Shown piece by piece: positions 17,362 through 28,380 of a stretch of 58,202 nucleotides of DNA. Source of the stretch: a virus (lineage: Duplodnaviria; Caudoviricetes); the IMG/VR virus record IMGVR_UViG_3300023094_000011, positions 1 through 58,202 of that record; one strand, given 5' to 3'. The translations under genes and the position numbers were made by a program. The notes below the pieces were generated by a model. The model did no database searches. It worked only from the letters and a program-made list of their open reading frames with translations, and was not told the origin of the DNA. The number at the start of each line of letters is the position of its first letter. The first letter of the stretch is position 1.

Positions 17362-19380
17362 ATGCCCGCATTTCTCGCCGCCATTCTGCCCGCTCTGGGT
17401 TCAGTCCTCTCTTCCGGCATCAGTGCCGTTGGCGGGTTGGGAATCAAGGCGCTGGCGACCATCCCCACTATGGCGCTTAGCGCGGTGCGCTCTGTCGTGG
17501 GCGTCGCGGTGTCAGTTGTAGGCGCGGCGGTATCGGCAGTGGCCCAGACCATTGGCTCCATCCCTCAGATGCTTTTGGGAACCGTGAGTGCGCTGCTGGG
17601 CGGCGTGAGTAATGCAGCGGGCGCGATCATCAAAGTCGGCACCTTGCTGGGCGGCGTCTTTTTAGGTGGCTTAACTGGCGCGGCGGCTGGCCTCAAAATT
17701 CTCACCGCTGCCTCGATAGAATATGCCAAGAATGTACGTACGATTTCAGCTCAAACCGGACTTGGCTTAGATGCGAGTGCGGGTTTACTGAATCGAAACA
17801 GCGCCATCGGCATCAGCAATGAGGCCACAGCGGGCGCATTTGGCAATCAGAACCCCGCCATCTTCGGAATGAAGGCCAACCTTTTTGGTTTACCTAGATA
17901 CGATGCGCCAGATTTTGCGGCACGATTCGCAGCGAAGTACCAGGAATTAAATGCGCAGGGCATGATCGGGAACATCATGGCGCGTGGCATGGCAAAGACG
18001 TTGGGCCTCGATTCCCCCGACTTTCTGCGTGCCGCTACCTATTCGCCTTCCCAAATCCGTGGGAATCAGGAATATGGGCAGCAGGTCAATGCGCGGTTGG
18101 GCCTAGATGCGGCGCAGATCGGGCGCTTGAGTCAAGAAATCCCATTGGGGATGGCCCGCTTATCGACTGGATTGCAGGCGGTTAGTCAGAAGATCGTCGG
18201 TATTGCGTTGCCTTATCTGGAGCAGGGATTAAACCGGGCATCCACATGGCTGGGACAGAATGCATCTCGGATTGGTGAGTGGATAGAGACGGCTGGGAAT
18301 TTTCTCTTCAACGTTGCCCCTGGCCTCATTCAAGCTGGATTGAAGGCTGTCACGGGCGGCATCGCGTGGGGTGTGGACACGTTCATTGCAGTTAGCGCGA
18401 TATTGCGAGATCAACTGCCGACCATACTGGGGGGTGTCGTCGATTGGACGGTCACAGCTCTCAGCAACTTCTACAACTACGTACAGACAAACGGGCCGCG
18501 CATCGTGGCGGGTGTTGCTAATTTCCTGATCGGTGTAGGGCGTAATTTCGGTAACTTCTTAGTCGCGAGTGCGAAGTTTGTGGAAGGATTGAGTAACACA
18601 AGTAATCCATGGCGTCAGGCTATTGAAGGCGTCGCTCAGGGGCTTGATTTAGGAGTAATTGCTCTCAAAAGTTTCGCGGGAACGCTTAACGCGACTTGGG
18701 CGGCTGTTGAAAATGGAATTAAAACCAGCCCTTTTGCCACTGCGTTAAAAGCTGTGGGGATTACGAATATTGCTGGCTTCGATATCAGTTCGCCCGCCAG
18801 GAATGTCGTAGATGCGTATAAATCGGGCTTTAACGCAATTCCTGCAACAGACATTCTCAGTGCTGTCCAGAACGTTTTGAATAGTAGTGCCCCAGCCGAT
18901 ACAGGCAAATGGTTGCGCGAGCAGGCTAAAGCGCAAAACGATTTCCTGAACGCGATGGCTGCCAACGTCACGAAGTACGGAAATCCTTTGGTTAGCGGCC
19001 TGCTCACTGGCACGGCGAACCTCCACAACGCGATTGCCGGGACCGCTGCCAATGGTGGCAAGAACAAGGGGCGTGTGGCTGGAGAGTATCTCAGTGGTAT
19101 TTTTGGCGATGCCAATAAATCGGCGCAGGGCATCAAGCCCTACACGGACAGCCTTGCTAATTTGGCGAGTGGAGCTACCTCTAAAGGCGCGGAGTCTAAG
19201 ATAGAAAAGCAGTCAACTCAGCTCGACCAATTGATTAAGTTGCAGCAAGAGCAAGTGAATATTGCAAAACAGGCTTTGGCGAGTGGAAGAGAACTTCCGC
19301 GCCAAACGGCGGCCCTTTTAGGGTATGCCCTGTTTACTGAGGCGGAAGCGGAAGGGCGGGGCATCTTGAGCCAGCGTTAG
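17362..19380 (+). CDS. Tape measure protein
   Basis: 672 aa, Ala/Gly-rich helical, after the chaperone. Confidence 0.85.
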   Translation: MPAFLAAILPALGSVLSSGISAVGGLGIKALATIPTMALSAVRSVVGVAVSVVGAAVSAVAQTIGSIPQMLLGTVSALLGGVSNAAGAIIKVGTLLGGVFLGGLTGAAAGLKILTAASIEYAKNVRTISAQTGLGLDASAGLLNRNSAIGISNEATAGAFGNQNPAIFGMKANLFGLPRYDAPDFAARFAAKYQELNAQGMIGNIMARGMAKTLGLDSPDFLRAATYSPSQIRGNQEYGQQVNARLGLDAAQIGRLSQEIPLGMARLSTGLQAVSQKIVGIALPYLEQGLNRASTWLGQNASRIGEWIETAGNFLFNVAPGLIQAGLKAVTGGIAWGVDTFIAVSAILRDQLPTILGGVVDWTVTALSNFYNYVQTNGPRIVAGVANFLIGVGRNFGNFLVASAKFVEGLSNTSNPWRQAIEGVAQGLDLGVIALKSFAGTLNATWAAVENGIKTSPFATALKAVGITNIAGFDISSPARNVVDAYKSGFNAIPATDILSAVQNVLNSSAPADTGKWLREQAKAQNDFLNAMAANVTKYGNPLVSGLLTGTANLHNAIAGTAANGGKNKGRVAGEYLSGIFGDANKSAQGIKPYTDSLANLASGATSKGAESKIEKQSTQLDQLIKLQQEQVNIAKQALASGRELPRQTAALLGYALFTEAEAEGRGILSQR

Positions 19381-19730
19381 CCCGATGGCAGCGTTGCACG
19401 CTTCGCGTCTGATTTGTCACGCACCGGCTTTATGTAGTAAGTGGCTGTTGCGATACGATCAGGATTTTGCTGTGCGCCCATGCCCATCGCCAAATCCCAC
19501 TGAGCCCATATTGAGTCAATTTCTTTTTGCGTCTTCGCGTTGTCAACGTAAACTTGGAACTGTCGCGCCGCTGTTTGTGCATCGTTAGCGTAGAGTGGAT
19601 TGGGTGCCGCCAGCGGCGTCGCTACCGGCACTATTTTGGTGGATTGGCGGCCCATCGTAAAGACAGTTGCAAAGCCACCTGCCGCGATAAAGGCGGCGAG
19701 AATGAGATAGCGCGCAGGGACAATGTTCAT
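19377..19730 (-). CDS. Secreted or membrane-anchored hypothetical protein (moron)
   Basis: N-terminal hydrophobic segment, then a Pro/Thr linker. Confidence 0.65.
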   Translation of the reverse strand: MNIVPARYLILAAFIAAGGFATVFTMGRQSTKIVPVATPLAAPNPLYANDAQTAARQFQVYVDNAKTQKEIDSIWAQWDLAMGMGAQQNPDRIATATYYIKPVRDKSDAKRATLPSG

Positions 19731-19740
19731 GAACGCTATT

Positions 19741-20499
19741 TTATCTCACAGGACTGTTCATATTAAAATTGTTTGTTCGATATCGTTCGGCCATCTGTGT
19801 TGCTTGGAGTAAATTGGCATCTACCGACATATTCCCAACGGTAATATCCCTTTCGCCCTGCAAAATCTCAAGTTTCGTGCTTGCAGCTCTGGAAATTGAC
19901 GCATAAGCAATGCCCGCGAAGGGTAGCTTTAGACTAAGCATATTGGGGTCTCGCCCCATCCGCAGTGCGCGAACAGTTCGGTCAATTTCATACTTTGTAT
20001 TCATGGCAATAAGTCCCACTTGCGACACTTCCGCCTCTGACTGCGACGTGCGAATGATATCCGCCATCAAATTAACCTGACGAACAAGAGAGTTACCGAA
20101 CGTGGAAAAATCACCTACGTCCACCCGTTCGGGATGGGGAAAATTGTCGTTTTGGACTTGGGCCACTTGCCCCATCGGTCGTCGCTGCGCGAAAGGAGCT
20201 GTCTGCGGCGCTCGAAGTGCCTGTGGTGTAGGCGATGCTTTTCTGCGCGGCGTTTTCTGAGCCAATGTTGGCTGTACTCGATCAGGCGCAAAAGGTGGAG
20301 GAGATAGCAAGCTAGGCTTGTTAGAGTAAATGATTTGTGGCGTGGCGGTAGGCTTAGGCGTTAGAATCGGCACAGATGCTAGCGGCGTTGGGGTAACCAC
20401 AACCGTCGCAGGAGGTCGCTGGCAACCAGTGAGCAAGCATAAGGGCGCGGCAAGGAGTAGCCATTTCATACGCGCAATTTTATCACGCATATAAATCAT
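19741..20499 (-). CDS. Putative lipoprotein (moron)
   Basis: MKWLLLAAPLCLLTG-C lipobox; Pro/Thr-rich linker. Confidence 0.7.
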   Translation of the reverse strand: MIYMRDKIARMKWLLLAAPLCLLTGCQRPPATVVVTPTPLASVPILTPKPTATPQIIYSNKPSLLSPPPFAPDRVQPTLAQKTPRRKASPTPQALRAPQTAPFAQRRPMGQVAQVQNDNFPHPERVDVGDFSTFGNSLVRQVNLMADIIRTSQSEAEVSQVGLIAMNTKYEIDRTVRALRMGRDPNMLSLKLPFAGIAYASISRAASTKLEILQGERDITVGNMSVDANLLQATQMAERYRTNNFNMNSPVR

Positions 20500-20536
20500 T
20501 GACCGTAGTTAGTGCTTTTCGTACCGTTTTCATTCC

Positions 20537-21514
20537 CTAAATTCGCGTTTTTAGGGTTTCAATAAGGTCCTTGTGAGCAAACCAATTTTCGTTATAAGTG
20601 ACTTTCATTTTATGCAGTGCGTTGTCTAATTTGCGACAGTGCGGCTTCAGGGAGGGCATTGCCTTTTGCATTTCCTCTGCTGCGTCTTGCATGCCTTGCA
20701 ATTGTTCCAATGATTCGTTTACGGCATCTATCATTTTGCCGACAGCGAGAAGTGCCTGAAAGCCAGCGGTTTTATCGCTTTCTGTCGTAAAGAACATCGA
20801 TTCGACCAAAACGGGCACGCAATTGCTGATAGTGTCCACAGCCGCCTCGGCTTTAGGCAAAGTCAGTTCAAGATTATTTGCCAAGGTAGATGTTGCATTT
20901 CCCATAGCAGTAGCTATCCGAATTCCGCGAGAAGCTACTAACCCACGCGGGCCATTGGTCAAGGCATTCAGTTGATGCGTCTTTTCCTGCAACGTGAGAT
21001 TAAACTCAGTTATATGTCGCGCTTGCTCGCGGGTAGACAATTCAATTTCCCCCGTTGCGCTTGCAATAGCAAGCATTGCCCTGATTGCTTTTTGATCTCT
21101 TTCCGCCAATGTTTGAGCCGTCATAACTGGCTCAAGCATTTCTAGGTGCTGAGAAATCCACTCAACCAAATCGGCGCGCGTTTTTTCACTGGCTGCCAAG
21201 CCTAACATGAAGACAACAACTTCTTTTTCAGGAATTTCTATCAAGTACCCATTTTTAAGAGCAAAGACCGACATGGCTGCAAACGAAACTCGCTTGTTGC
21301 CATCATTGAAAGCGTGATTTTTGGCAAGAGAAAAGCCGAGTGCTGCAATCTTTTCGGGAAATGTAGGATAAGCATCGACCTCGCCAAAGCTAGAAGAAGG
21401 TTGAGCCAAGGCAGACAAAAGTAAACCCTCGTCTTTCACACCGGGGAGTCCGCCATGCATAGAGAGGGTTGCCTTATGGATTTGCAGAAGCTCTTCGTAG
21501 CTTATTTCATTCAT
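20537..21514 (-). CDS. doc: Doc/Fic-family toxin with a long helical C-terminal extension
   Basis: GGLPGVKDEGLLLSALAQP; HAFNDGNKR Doc-type Fic motif. Confidence 0.9.
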   Translation of the reverse strand: MNEISYEELLQIHKATLSMHGGLPGVKDEGLLLSALAQPSSSFGEVDAYPTFPEKIAALGFSLAKNHAFNDGNKRVSFAAMSVFALKNGYLIEIPEKEVVVFMLGLAASEKTRADLVEWISQHLEMLEPVMTAQTLAERDQKAIRAMLAIASATGEIELSTREQARHITEFNLTLQEKTHQLNALTNGPRGLVASRGIRIATAMGNATSTLANNLELTLPKAEAAVDTISNCVPVLVESMFFTTESDKTAGFQALLAVGKMIDAVNESLEQLQGMQDAAEEMQKAMPSLKPHCRKLDNALHKMKVTYNENWFAHKDLIETLKTRI

Positions 21515-21669
21515 TTCGCAAGCTCTTTTAGGGCGTTGTCGTATTTATCCATTGTCAATTTCAGCGCCTCCTCAAAGCTCAAGGGCTTTCCAGGGGCGGG
21601 TAACTGGCGATGTGCCACAACCTCGGGCCCTTCGGTTTTGCTTACAGGGGGTAATTGAGTGATTTTCAT
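21511..21669 (-). CDS. Putative Doc antitoxin (52 aa, not in the ORF track)
   Basis: MKITQLPPVSKTEGPEVVAHRQLPAPGKPLSFEEALKLTMDKYDNALKELAK; ATGA overlap with doc; C-terminal helix typical of Doc-linked antitoxins. Confidence 0.75.
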   Translation of the reverse strand: MKITQLPPVSKTEGPEVVAHRQLPAPGKPLSFEEALKLTMDKYDNALKELAK

Positions 21670-21843
21670 TGGCAATACCAAATGATCTAGCCTTTAGGAT
21701 GCCTTAGATATGGGAGAAGTTGCAAGAAAACCGTTTTGTTTTAAATGCAAACCCCTCCCATCAACGTTAAAATGTAACCCAATAGTTCACAACGAAGCCG
21801 CGCCCCGGTCCCGCCTCGTTGTAGTCTCACGTCACGCTTTTTC

Positions 21844-21897
21844 AAAGCCTTACGAGATGGATTTTACAGTCCATTTTGTGAGGCTTTTTTTGCTTTT
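21844..21897 (+). terminator. Long hairpin plus T-run directly before the tail gene ATG
   Basis: AAAGCCTTACGAGATGGA...TCCATTTTGTGAGGCTTT then T-run. Confidence 0.6.
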
Positions 21898-24483
21898 ATG
21901 GCTCACCAAAAGGGCACGCCCGAAATCGAGGTCATCGCCTACCCGCCTTCTGCCATCCCCCACCGGCAGATCGATTCTTTCGTGGTAGCGGATACATTGG
22001 CAGATGTGCTGGCGCCAAACACGAGTTTCGGCGGCGTGATGGCACGCGGCGCAACGGGCGGGCAGTGGACGGATTGGGCGAACCCCACCAGCGGGCTCAC
22101 CCTTAATAACGTCGGCTTTGCTCGATTCATGAACGATGGGCGCGTGTCATACAATCCTGGCGAACAAGGCCAGGGTGCGGGCGGTTTTTTCGTACTACCC
22201 AAAGAATCGCCCTACAACTCTTCGATTTCCGGCATGGCGGGCGGCGGTAGTAATCCCCTCGATTGGGAAGCGATGGAGGGCACATGGGTCACCGTTCCAT
22301 CGCTCAAGCCCGCCAACAGCGGCGGCGGGTCTGCCATCTACAATTCGGGGAGCGAAACACGCTTTAAGGCGCGAACAGCGGTGTCGATGAAGGCAAACAG
22401 TTCTCTGCGCCTCGACCTCTCATTTTTGGGCCAAAACCGCAGCGGCTCAGTGCCCGACTTCGAAGGCCGTATAGGTGATGATCTTTCTATTTCGGCGCGT
22501 CACGGGATGCCGTGGGCGCTCCAGCGTCGCACATTCGACGCCAACGGAAACCCCGATTGGAAGATTCTAAAAACCATGCCGGGGACCGCGAATCTTTATG
22601 GCGGCAAGTACCGCGTCGCGGTCAAGCATTTGGATGGGCGCCTTGTGTGGGAAGTCAACGATCAGGCGATGTGGATTAATGACGCGAAGGGGCCGGACAA
22701 GAACGGCGAACTGGAGCCTCAGAACTGGTCATGGTCTGAAGCGCCCGTGATTGTGACAGCGCAAAATGCCCGCGTGCGAGTAGAAACCGCGCTCTTCGAT
22801 TACGCAGCGGGCGGAGATGGCACGGTTACGCGCCGCATCCCGCTAAAAATCAACGATGGGCTGGTGGCGCAGAACACCACGCCCTACTCTGGCGGCTGGC
22901 AGCGTAACGGCGCCGAGATGCCCGTGGCTGTTGATTATGGCGACAAGTACGTTTCGTATACCACGACGCTCAAGCCAACTGCTGATGGTGTTCATACGCC
23001 GTTCTTGAAACACAACCTATTGGCGTTCTCCCCGGTGTGGACGAATCCAAGCGGATCGGGAATCGATATTTCGAAGGCTGTGTCGGGCGCGTCGATTACT
23101 TTAGCGGCGCCACCCGAACAGGCGGGAAGCCAGGGCACGCTCGATATCGATGGCACGATTCTAAAAGACATCCCCGGCGCTATTGCTAACGTGAAGGATT
23201 ATTGCCCTGTGACCGTGCGGGCCAGATGGCGCGACGATAGCGGCGTGGCGGGCGCGTGGCGTGGGCTTTTCAATGGTTGCTTCTACGGCATGTCCAAGTC
23301 GTCGAACGCCTTCAACAATCGCTCCATCACGGCCACGCTTAGAGACCAGATCGTGCGACTGAGCGGCGCCAATGCGATCATCGATTACAAGTTCCGCCCG
23401 CTCGGGATGATCCTTTTCGATCAGCTATCGCCGGGGTCAACGAACGGCGGTTACAACCCAGATGGAAGCGTGGCGTACAATCCAGAAGCGCCTAAAAAGA
23501 AGCCTCTTTATAGTGGCGACTGCGTGAAGGAGATCGTCCGCATCCAATTAGGGCCAGATGCAGTGGAATCTCTCAACGGCAACGGGAATTCGCGCCGCTT
23601 TTTCTCCAGTGCTGAAATCCCGCTTTACGACGGCACCGGCGTGCTGGGCACGTGGTTAGGATTGGCGGAAGTTTTCGGGCTCGATTTAGCGACCGGCTCT
23701 CTGGAGGGCATCCCGTTCCCCCCGCCGTTTTTTGATGACTGTTTGAGCTGGATCAACAAATTCGGAGAGGATGCCAACGCCGATTTCTTTTCCGGTCACG
23801 TGGACCGTGATACCAACGACCCGCCCGTGTTGATTTACGGGCAATACATTCGCTACCTCGACAAAGCGATCCTTTTTAATTTAAGGGACGCCATTGGAGT
23901 CAGTACGAACGTGGGCGCCGGTGGCGAGATTTACACGATCCAAAATCTGGAGGATATCGACTACCTGATGTCTGAGGCATCGAATGAAACACGCCCTGAC
24001 AGCGATTACAACCGCATTCTCGTTGCCGCCGATTTCCCAGGCACCGAACGAAACCCCTTGCTCCCAGCCATGCGCATGGGAGAAGCGCGGCTAGCAGCTT
24101 CCAACCCCAACAGTGACGCTTATTCGTGGTCGCGCACTCGCGTCGTGAAGAACAACCTGGGCGCGGTCGAAGGCGGCGCCGAATATCTGGCGCGCAAAAC
24201 CCTAGAACAAATCGCGGCCACAAAAAAGCAATGGCCCTCGATCATCTGGCGCGGTGAAGGGCGAATGCAGGTTGGCGACGTCATTCAGCCTTTCATGGAC
24301 GGCGAGGGCTCTTATGAAGATATGGGCATCAATCAGCGACTTTTCCGCAGTACGAGTGTAATTCACAAGCTGACTTTGACCGGCGAAATGACAGATTGGA
24401 CAACGGCTGTGGAAGCGCGGCCAATGGCGAAAACCGAAGAAGCGCGCTTTCGCCGCGTCAACAACATGCCAGGACCGCTTTAA
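21898..24483 (+). CDS. Large minor tail/tail-tip protein
   Basis: 861 aa; first plus-strand gene after TMP. Confidence 0.65.
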   Translation: MAHQKGTPEIEVIAYPPSAIPHRQIDSFVVADTLADVLAPNTSFGGVMARGATGGQWTDWANPTSGLTLNNVGFARFMNDGRVSYNPGEQGQGAGGFFVLPKESPYNSSISGMAGGGSNPLDWEAMEGTWVTVPSLKPANSGGGSAIYNSGSETRFKARTAVSMKANSSLRLDLSFLGQNRSGSVPDFEGRIGDDLSISARHGMPWALQRRTFDANGNPDWKILKTMPGTANLYGGKYRVAVKHLDGRLVWEVNDQAMWINDAKGPDKNGELEPQNWSWSEAPVIVTAQNARVRVETALFDYAAGGDGTVTRRIPLKINDGLVAQNTTPYSGGWQRNGAEMPVAVDYGDKYVSYTTTLKPTADGVHTPFLKHNLLAFSPVWTNPSGSGIDISKAVSGASITLAAPPEQAGSQGTLDIDGTILKDIPGAIANVKDYCPVTVRARWRDDSGVAGAWRGLFNGCFYGMSKSSNAFNNRSITATLRDQIVRLSGANAIIDYKFRPLGMILFDQLSPGSTNGGYNPDGSVAYNPEAPKKKPLYSGDCVKEIVRIQLGPDAVESLNGNGNSRRFFSSAEIPLYDGTGVLGTWLGLAEVFGLDLATGSLEGIPFPPPFFDDCLSWINKFGEDANADFFSGHVDRDTNDPPVLIYGQYIRYLDKAILFNLRDAIGVSTNVGAGGEIYTIQNLEDIDYLMSEASNETRPDSDYNRILVAADFPGTERNPLLPAMRMGEARLAASNPNSDAYSWSRTRVVKNNLGAVEGGAEYLARKTLEQIAATKKQWPSIIWRGEGRMQVGDVIQPFMDGEGSYEDMGINQRLFRSTSVIHKLTLTGEMTDWTTAVEARPMAKTEEARFRRVNNMPGPL

Positions 24484-24485
24484 TC

Positions 24486-24725
24486 ATGAGACGCCAAACC
24501 CGCATCGCAACGAACACGAATATCGCCGTCGATAAGGCCGTTACGCAGGTGCTGCGCGATGTGCCCGTTACGACTTTGGCGCGCACGGGCGTGCTTTATA
24601 CGGTCGCGACTTCCAATCCCAATGCCCCGGCACCAACCGATGAAGATGGCAACGTTCTGGAGCCAACGGATTATTTCCGCGCGGGTATGCGTGTCGGCTC
24701 GGCGCCCGTGAGGGGGAGACGGTAA
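24486..24725 (+). CDS. Small tail protein
   Basis: ATG 24486; TAATG coupling to next gene. Confidence 0.55.
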   Translation: MRRQTRIATNTNIAVDKAVTQVLRDVPVTTLARTGVLYTVATSNPNAPAPTDEDGNVLEPTDYFRAGMRVGSAPVRGRR

Positions 24726-26449
24726 TGCCTACTAAAACCTTCACGGTCGTGTGGGAGTTCGCCGCAGATATGCCCGATACACCGAACCCAAGCGGCGTTA
24801 TTTGCGATCCATCACTTGAAGATTTAGCTGAGCTTGCGTACTGGATCAGCTATGACGGGCGGCGATTTGACGACATTACTGCGCAGCCATCAGCGGGCGG
24901 CGGCATCGATTGGGATGAAATCTCAGGCGCATCAGTCGATGGCGCCATAACCGTTGCAGATGATGCCTTCGACGCCTTGACGAATGATGGGGTCTTAATT
25001 ACCGTTTACGCCAGACACCCGACTGTTAGCGTCGGATTTAGGGCACAGGTTTCGTGGGCTTCGGTATCATCGAACACATCGGGTTTCGACTTCACGAATG
25101 GTAATGTTCAAGATGGTCGCGTCGGGTTCGTTCTTGCGGGCGGCAGAGCGAATGATTTCGGCTTTGGCTCTGGGGGTCGCCTTCCGGCCAGAGAGCCGGT
25201 GGCACAGGGCAAATGGGAATCTTTGATCGATGGTGCCGTTACGCATACGGTTACGATTTATGGCGCTCACCGTGAACCATTTGGGGACCGCGAATGGCGC
25301 CCTAAATCATACTTCGACGGCTATGCAGACAACTGGCCTCCCGGCGCGGATCCGGCGCTAATTAATTCCTGGTACGTTCAAAAATCGAATTTTAAAACCG
25401 AGCAATTTGAGGGTGGAATTGACTTTAGCAACCTGATTCGTTTTTCATTGGCACTGGGGCAGATCATAGAGTTTTCAATCCGTGTGACGGTCAACGCCAA
25501 CGGATACGAGGAAATGGATGAATATGTGGTTCCGTTTCCACCCTTACCCATCATCGCAGCCGAGCAAAACGGTGAGCAAATTATCAATGGGCTTTGGAAC
25601 TACTTCACCGATTTATCCCCTGCGTTGGCTCTGAGTCCGAGTCTCTATCCAGAGATTGAGGAAGGCGAGTTGAAATTGGACGCCACGGCATCTTATTGCG
25701 CTTCCGGTGGCGCCGTCACAGTTCTCTGGAAAAAGGTGACGGGCGATCTTGAAACCCCAACGCTTAGCCCTGACACGGAGGGTATTTACACACCTGACGA
25801 CGAACTTGTGACGATGGTTGGGCCAGAAGAGGGGACTGTACGATATGGACTGCGAGTGACTTCGATTCAAGGGCTATCAACGCCCTTGGCGATTGGCTTT
25901 TTGGTCACAGGGCAAGACGTTTTTGCTCCGGTTGTCACCCCCAATGGCGATATTCTTTTCCCTGTGCATGCCAGCGCCGCAACGCAAATTCGCCGTGTGC
26001 GCGAAGGAGAGGACTTTGAAATCATTTCTTCAATCGCAGCCACGCAAGTTCATTTAATGAGGCATGAAGGCACTTACTACGCGGGCGGCAAGGCGAATGA
26101 TAATTACACGCTCTTCAAAAGCGAAGATTCAGGGGAGACATGGCAAATGCTTTCAAATTTTCCGACAGGTTATCGAGTTTTAAGCTGGTGCGAATTGGAG
26201 CATGGGGGTTTCGCCGCTATCGCTTTGGGCTCCGCTGAAGGCGACCGCAAAAAGCTCTATGGTGCTGTGACGTGGGATGGCGTGACATGGACAGAGCCGA
26301 CCCTCCAACGCGATGGCGGCGATGTTACGCCGAAGGGCGCTGTCCGACAGATCAATGCAACTGGCGAATCGCACCTGATTGTTAGCGACGCTCAAACCTA
26401 CTCCATCCGCGTGGATGATTATTTCAAAGACGAAAACCCAGATTTATAA
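24725..26449 (+). CDS. Minor tail protein with Asp-box/BNR-like repeats
   Basis: KSEDSGETW, TWDGVTW. Confidence 0.6.
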   Translation: MPTKTFTVVWEFAADMPDTPNPSGVICDPSLEDLAELAYWISYDGRRFDDITAQPSAGGGIDWDEISGASVDGAITVADDAFDALTNDGVLITVYARHPTVSVGFRAQVSWASVSSNTSGFDFTNGNVQDGRVGFVLAGGRANDFGFGSGGRLPAREPVAQGKWESLIDGAVTHTVTIYGAHREPFGDREWRPKSYFDGYADNWPPGADPALINSWYVQKSNFKTEQFEGGIDFSNLIRFSLALGQIIEFSIRVTVNANGYEEMDEYVVPFPPLPIIAAEQNGEQIINGLWNYFTDLSPALALSPSLYPEIEEGELKLDATASYCASGGAVTVLWKKVTGDLETPTLSPDTEGIYTPDDELVTMVGPEEGTVRYGLRVTSIQGLSTPLAIGFLVTGQDVFAPVVTPNGDILFPVHASAATQIRRVREGEDFEIISSIAATQVHLMRHEGTYYAGGKANDNYTLFKSEDSGETWQMLSNFPTGYRVLSWCELEHGGFAAIALGSAEGDRKKLYGAVTWDGVTWTEPTLQRDGGDVTPKGAVRQINATGESHLIVSDAQTYSIRVDDYFKDENPDL

Positions 26450-26452
26450 ATC

Positions 26453-27619
26453 ATGAAAATCTACGATCCCCAGTGGGGCACGACAACACAAATCGAGGGT
26501 GCCGAAGGCGAAGAAGACGGCGATTATTACGAAGGGCCGGAAATTTCCCACGACGTCTCAACGCTCACGGCGCAAACCAAGGGCGCGCTCTCCAATATCG
26601 GCCCCGGCATCAAGTCGGGCGGCGTTGTCACGGCAGGGAGTGGGCTGAGCGTCAACATCTCGCCTCTGGTCGGCATCGCATTATCAAGCGCCTACGGCCT
26701 TGTAGCGCTGCGCACGCCGTCAAGTGTGAACCGCGCCGTTTTGCCGCCCTCCTCAACCTTCACTCTATTTGCAGCGATTCAGGTTATCGAAGATGGTAAT
26801 GACACGCGGGAATCGAGGCTCCCAGGGTTTTTAGTGGATGATGGCCCGACGATGGACGGCGCCGAGCCACTGGCAACGATAACCACCGATGGCGGTGGCG
26901 TCACGTCGATTGTGGATGCGCGCCGTATTATCGACGGGAGCCACTATAAGAATCAGGGGAATTACAACAACGCGGTTAGCTATAGCACCAACGATGTGAC
27001 CACTGACGCGGGCATCAAATACGCCTCCCTCCAAAACAACAACCTGAACCACACCCCAGCCAGTTCACCGGCGTGGTGGGAAGTGTTTGCTGGTGGCGGT
27101 CTGTCCTCAATCCAAGTCCAGCAGGGCGACGACACGGCAGAAACAGGCATTGACACGGTTCAATTCGCTAATGCCCGCGTCACTAAAACTGGGACGACGG
27201 CCAAAGCTGAGACCACGGTTTTTGTCGAGGATGAGGCCGAATTAGCCAGCATCATCAGCACCTTACCTGACGGAATGCGCGCGGTGATTCTGAACCCGAC
27301 AGAAGAGTCGGAGCCACCTTTTAACCAAATCACGGTCACGGCTGACCACACCTCAGACGGCACCGAGGACCGCATCGATATGTGGAGCGCCACGACGCAT
27401 ACCGTCACGCTGCCAACAGCCACAGAGGCGATGTGGAAGCAATCGCGCATGACATTCCCCAATATTGGTGAGGTTGGGACGGACGCGGACTGGACTATCG
27501 AGATTGAGGCGGGGGCGGCATTTACGAACGGTGATACCTCAGTCACGGTCCCGCCCGGCCAGTCGCTGGAAGCCTACGTAACCAAGCGGGGCACGGATTA
27601 TTTGTGGGTGAAAATATAG
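26453..27619 (+). CDS. Tail fibre/baseplate protein with a CBM5/12-like module
   Basis: [18 protein letters not shown]; [33 protein letters not shown]. Confidence 0.65.
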   Translation: MKIYDPQWGTTTQIEGAEGEEDGDYYEGPEISHDVSTLTAQTKGALSNIGPGIKSGGVVTAGSGLSVNISPLVGIALSSAYGLVALRTPSSVNRAVLPPSSTFTLFAAIQVIEDGNDTRESRLPGFLVDDGPTMDGAEPLATITTDGGGVTSIVDARRIIDGSHYKNQGNYNNAVSYSTNDVTTDAGIKYASLQNNNLNHTPASSPAWWEVFAGGGLSSIQVQQGDDTAETGIDTVQFANARVTKTGTTAKAETTVFVEDEAELASIISTLPDGMRAVILNPTEESEPPFNQITVTADHTSDGTEDRIDMWSATTHTVTLPTATEAMWKQSRMTFPNIGEVGTDADWTIEIEAGAAFTNGDTSVTVPPGQSLEAYVTKRGTDYLWVKI

Positions 27620-27627
27620 GAGCCATC

Positions 27628-28377
27628 ATGTCGAATCTACCCTCAGAAGCTGTTGCGCTCATGCGGCAAGAAATATTGAGCGATCCTTCATTCGTTGTGG
27701 AATTGGCCCAAATGGCGGGACTTCCAACAGCGCAAGACTTGCTGCAAGAGCAGGAAGCGCGCGCTGCAATGGAAGAAGAGCAGGAATCCCGCTTGCATGC
27801 CCTTGAAACCGCTCTGCAAAATGTCCAACTCACGCCAGGGCCGCAAGGCGAACGAGGCTTGCAGGGCGTGGCTGGCAGTCCTGGCGCGAAAGGCGAGACG
27901 GGTGCGCGCGGCGAAGTCGGACCCAAAGGAGATACCGGAAGTTCTGGTGCCGTTGGGGCAACCGGAGCGACCGGCTCTGTGGGAGCGACGGGCGCCACTG
28001 GAGCGACCGGGGCAGCGGGAACGAATGCAACCACCACGGCAATAGCTACGGCCACGGCAAACGGCCTAATGAGCGCCGCCGATAAATCCAAACTAGACAA
28101 GCTCGGCATCCTGTCGCTCACCGATGGCACGGCTGCAATCCCTGTTATCGCGGGTGGCGGCGCCACAGACATTACCGTGACGTTCTCGACTGCCCTAGCC
28201 GGCACGACTTTCAACGCCATCCCCTCGCTTGTGGCGGGCGCCGTCAATCTGGGCAGCCTCACGCCCACGGTTAAATCTGTGACCGCGACGGCAGCGGTTA
28301 TCACGCTCAAAAACAACGGGCTTCTCGCCATCACAGTAGGCGGCACCCTGCTCGTTTTGGCTTATTCAAAGGCATAA
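27628..28377 (+). CDS. Collagen-like fibre protein
   Basis: About 20 consecutive Gly-X-Y triplets; [13 protein letters not shown] motif; RBS AGGAG. Confidence 0.85.
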   Translation: MSNLPSEAVALMRQEILSDPSFVVELAQMAGLPTAQDLLQEQEARAAMEEEQESRLHALETALQNVQLTPGPQGERGLQGVAGSPGAKGETGARGEVGPKGDTGSSGAVGATGATGSVGATGATGATGAAGTNATTTAIATATANGLMSAADKSKLDKLGILSLTDGTAAIPVIAGGGATDITVTFSTALAGTTFNAIPSLVAGAVNLGSLTPTVKSVTATAAVITLKNNGLLAITVGGTLLVLAYSKA

Positions 28378-28380
28378 ATT

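Noticed and set aside
27543-28346. 267-aa minus-strand ORF
   Set aside because: Shadow of the collagen-like gene on the opposite strand
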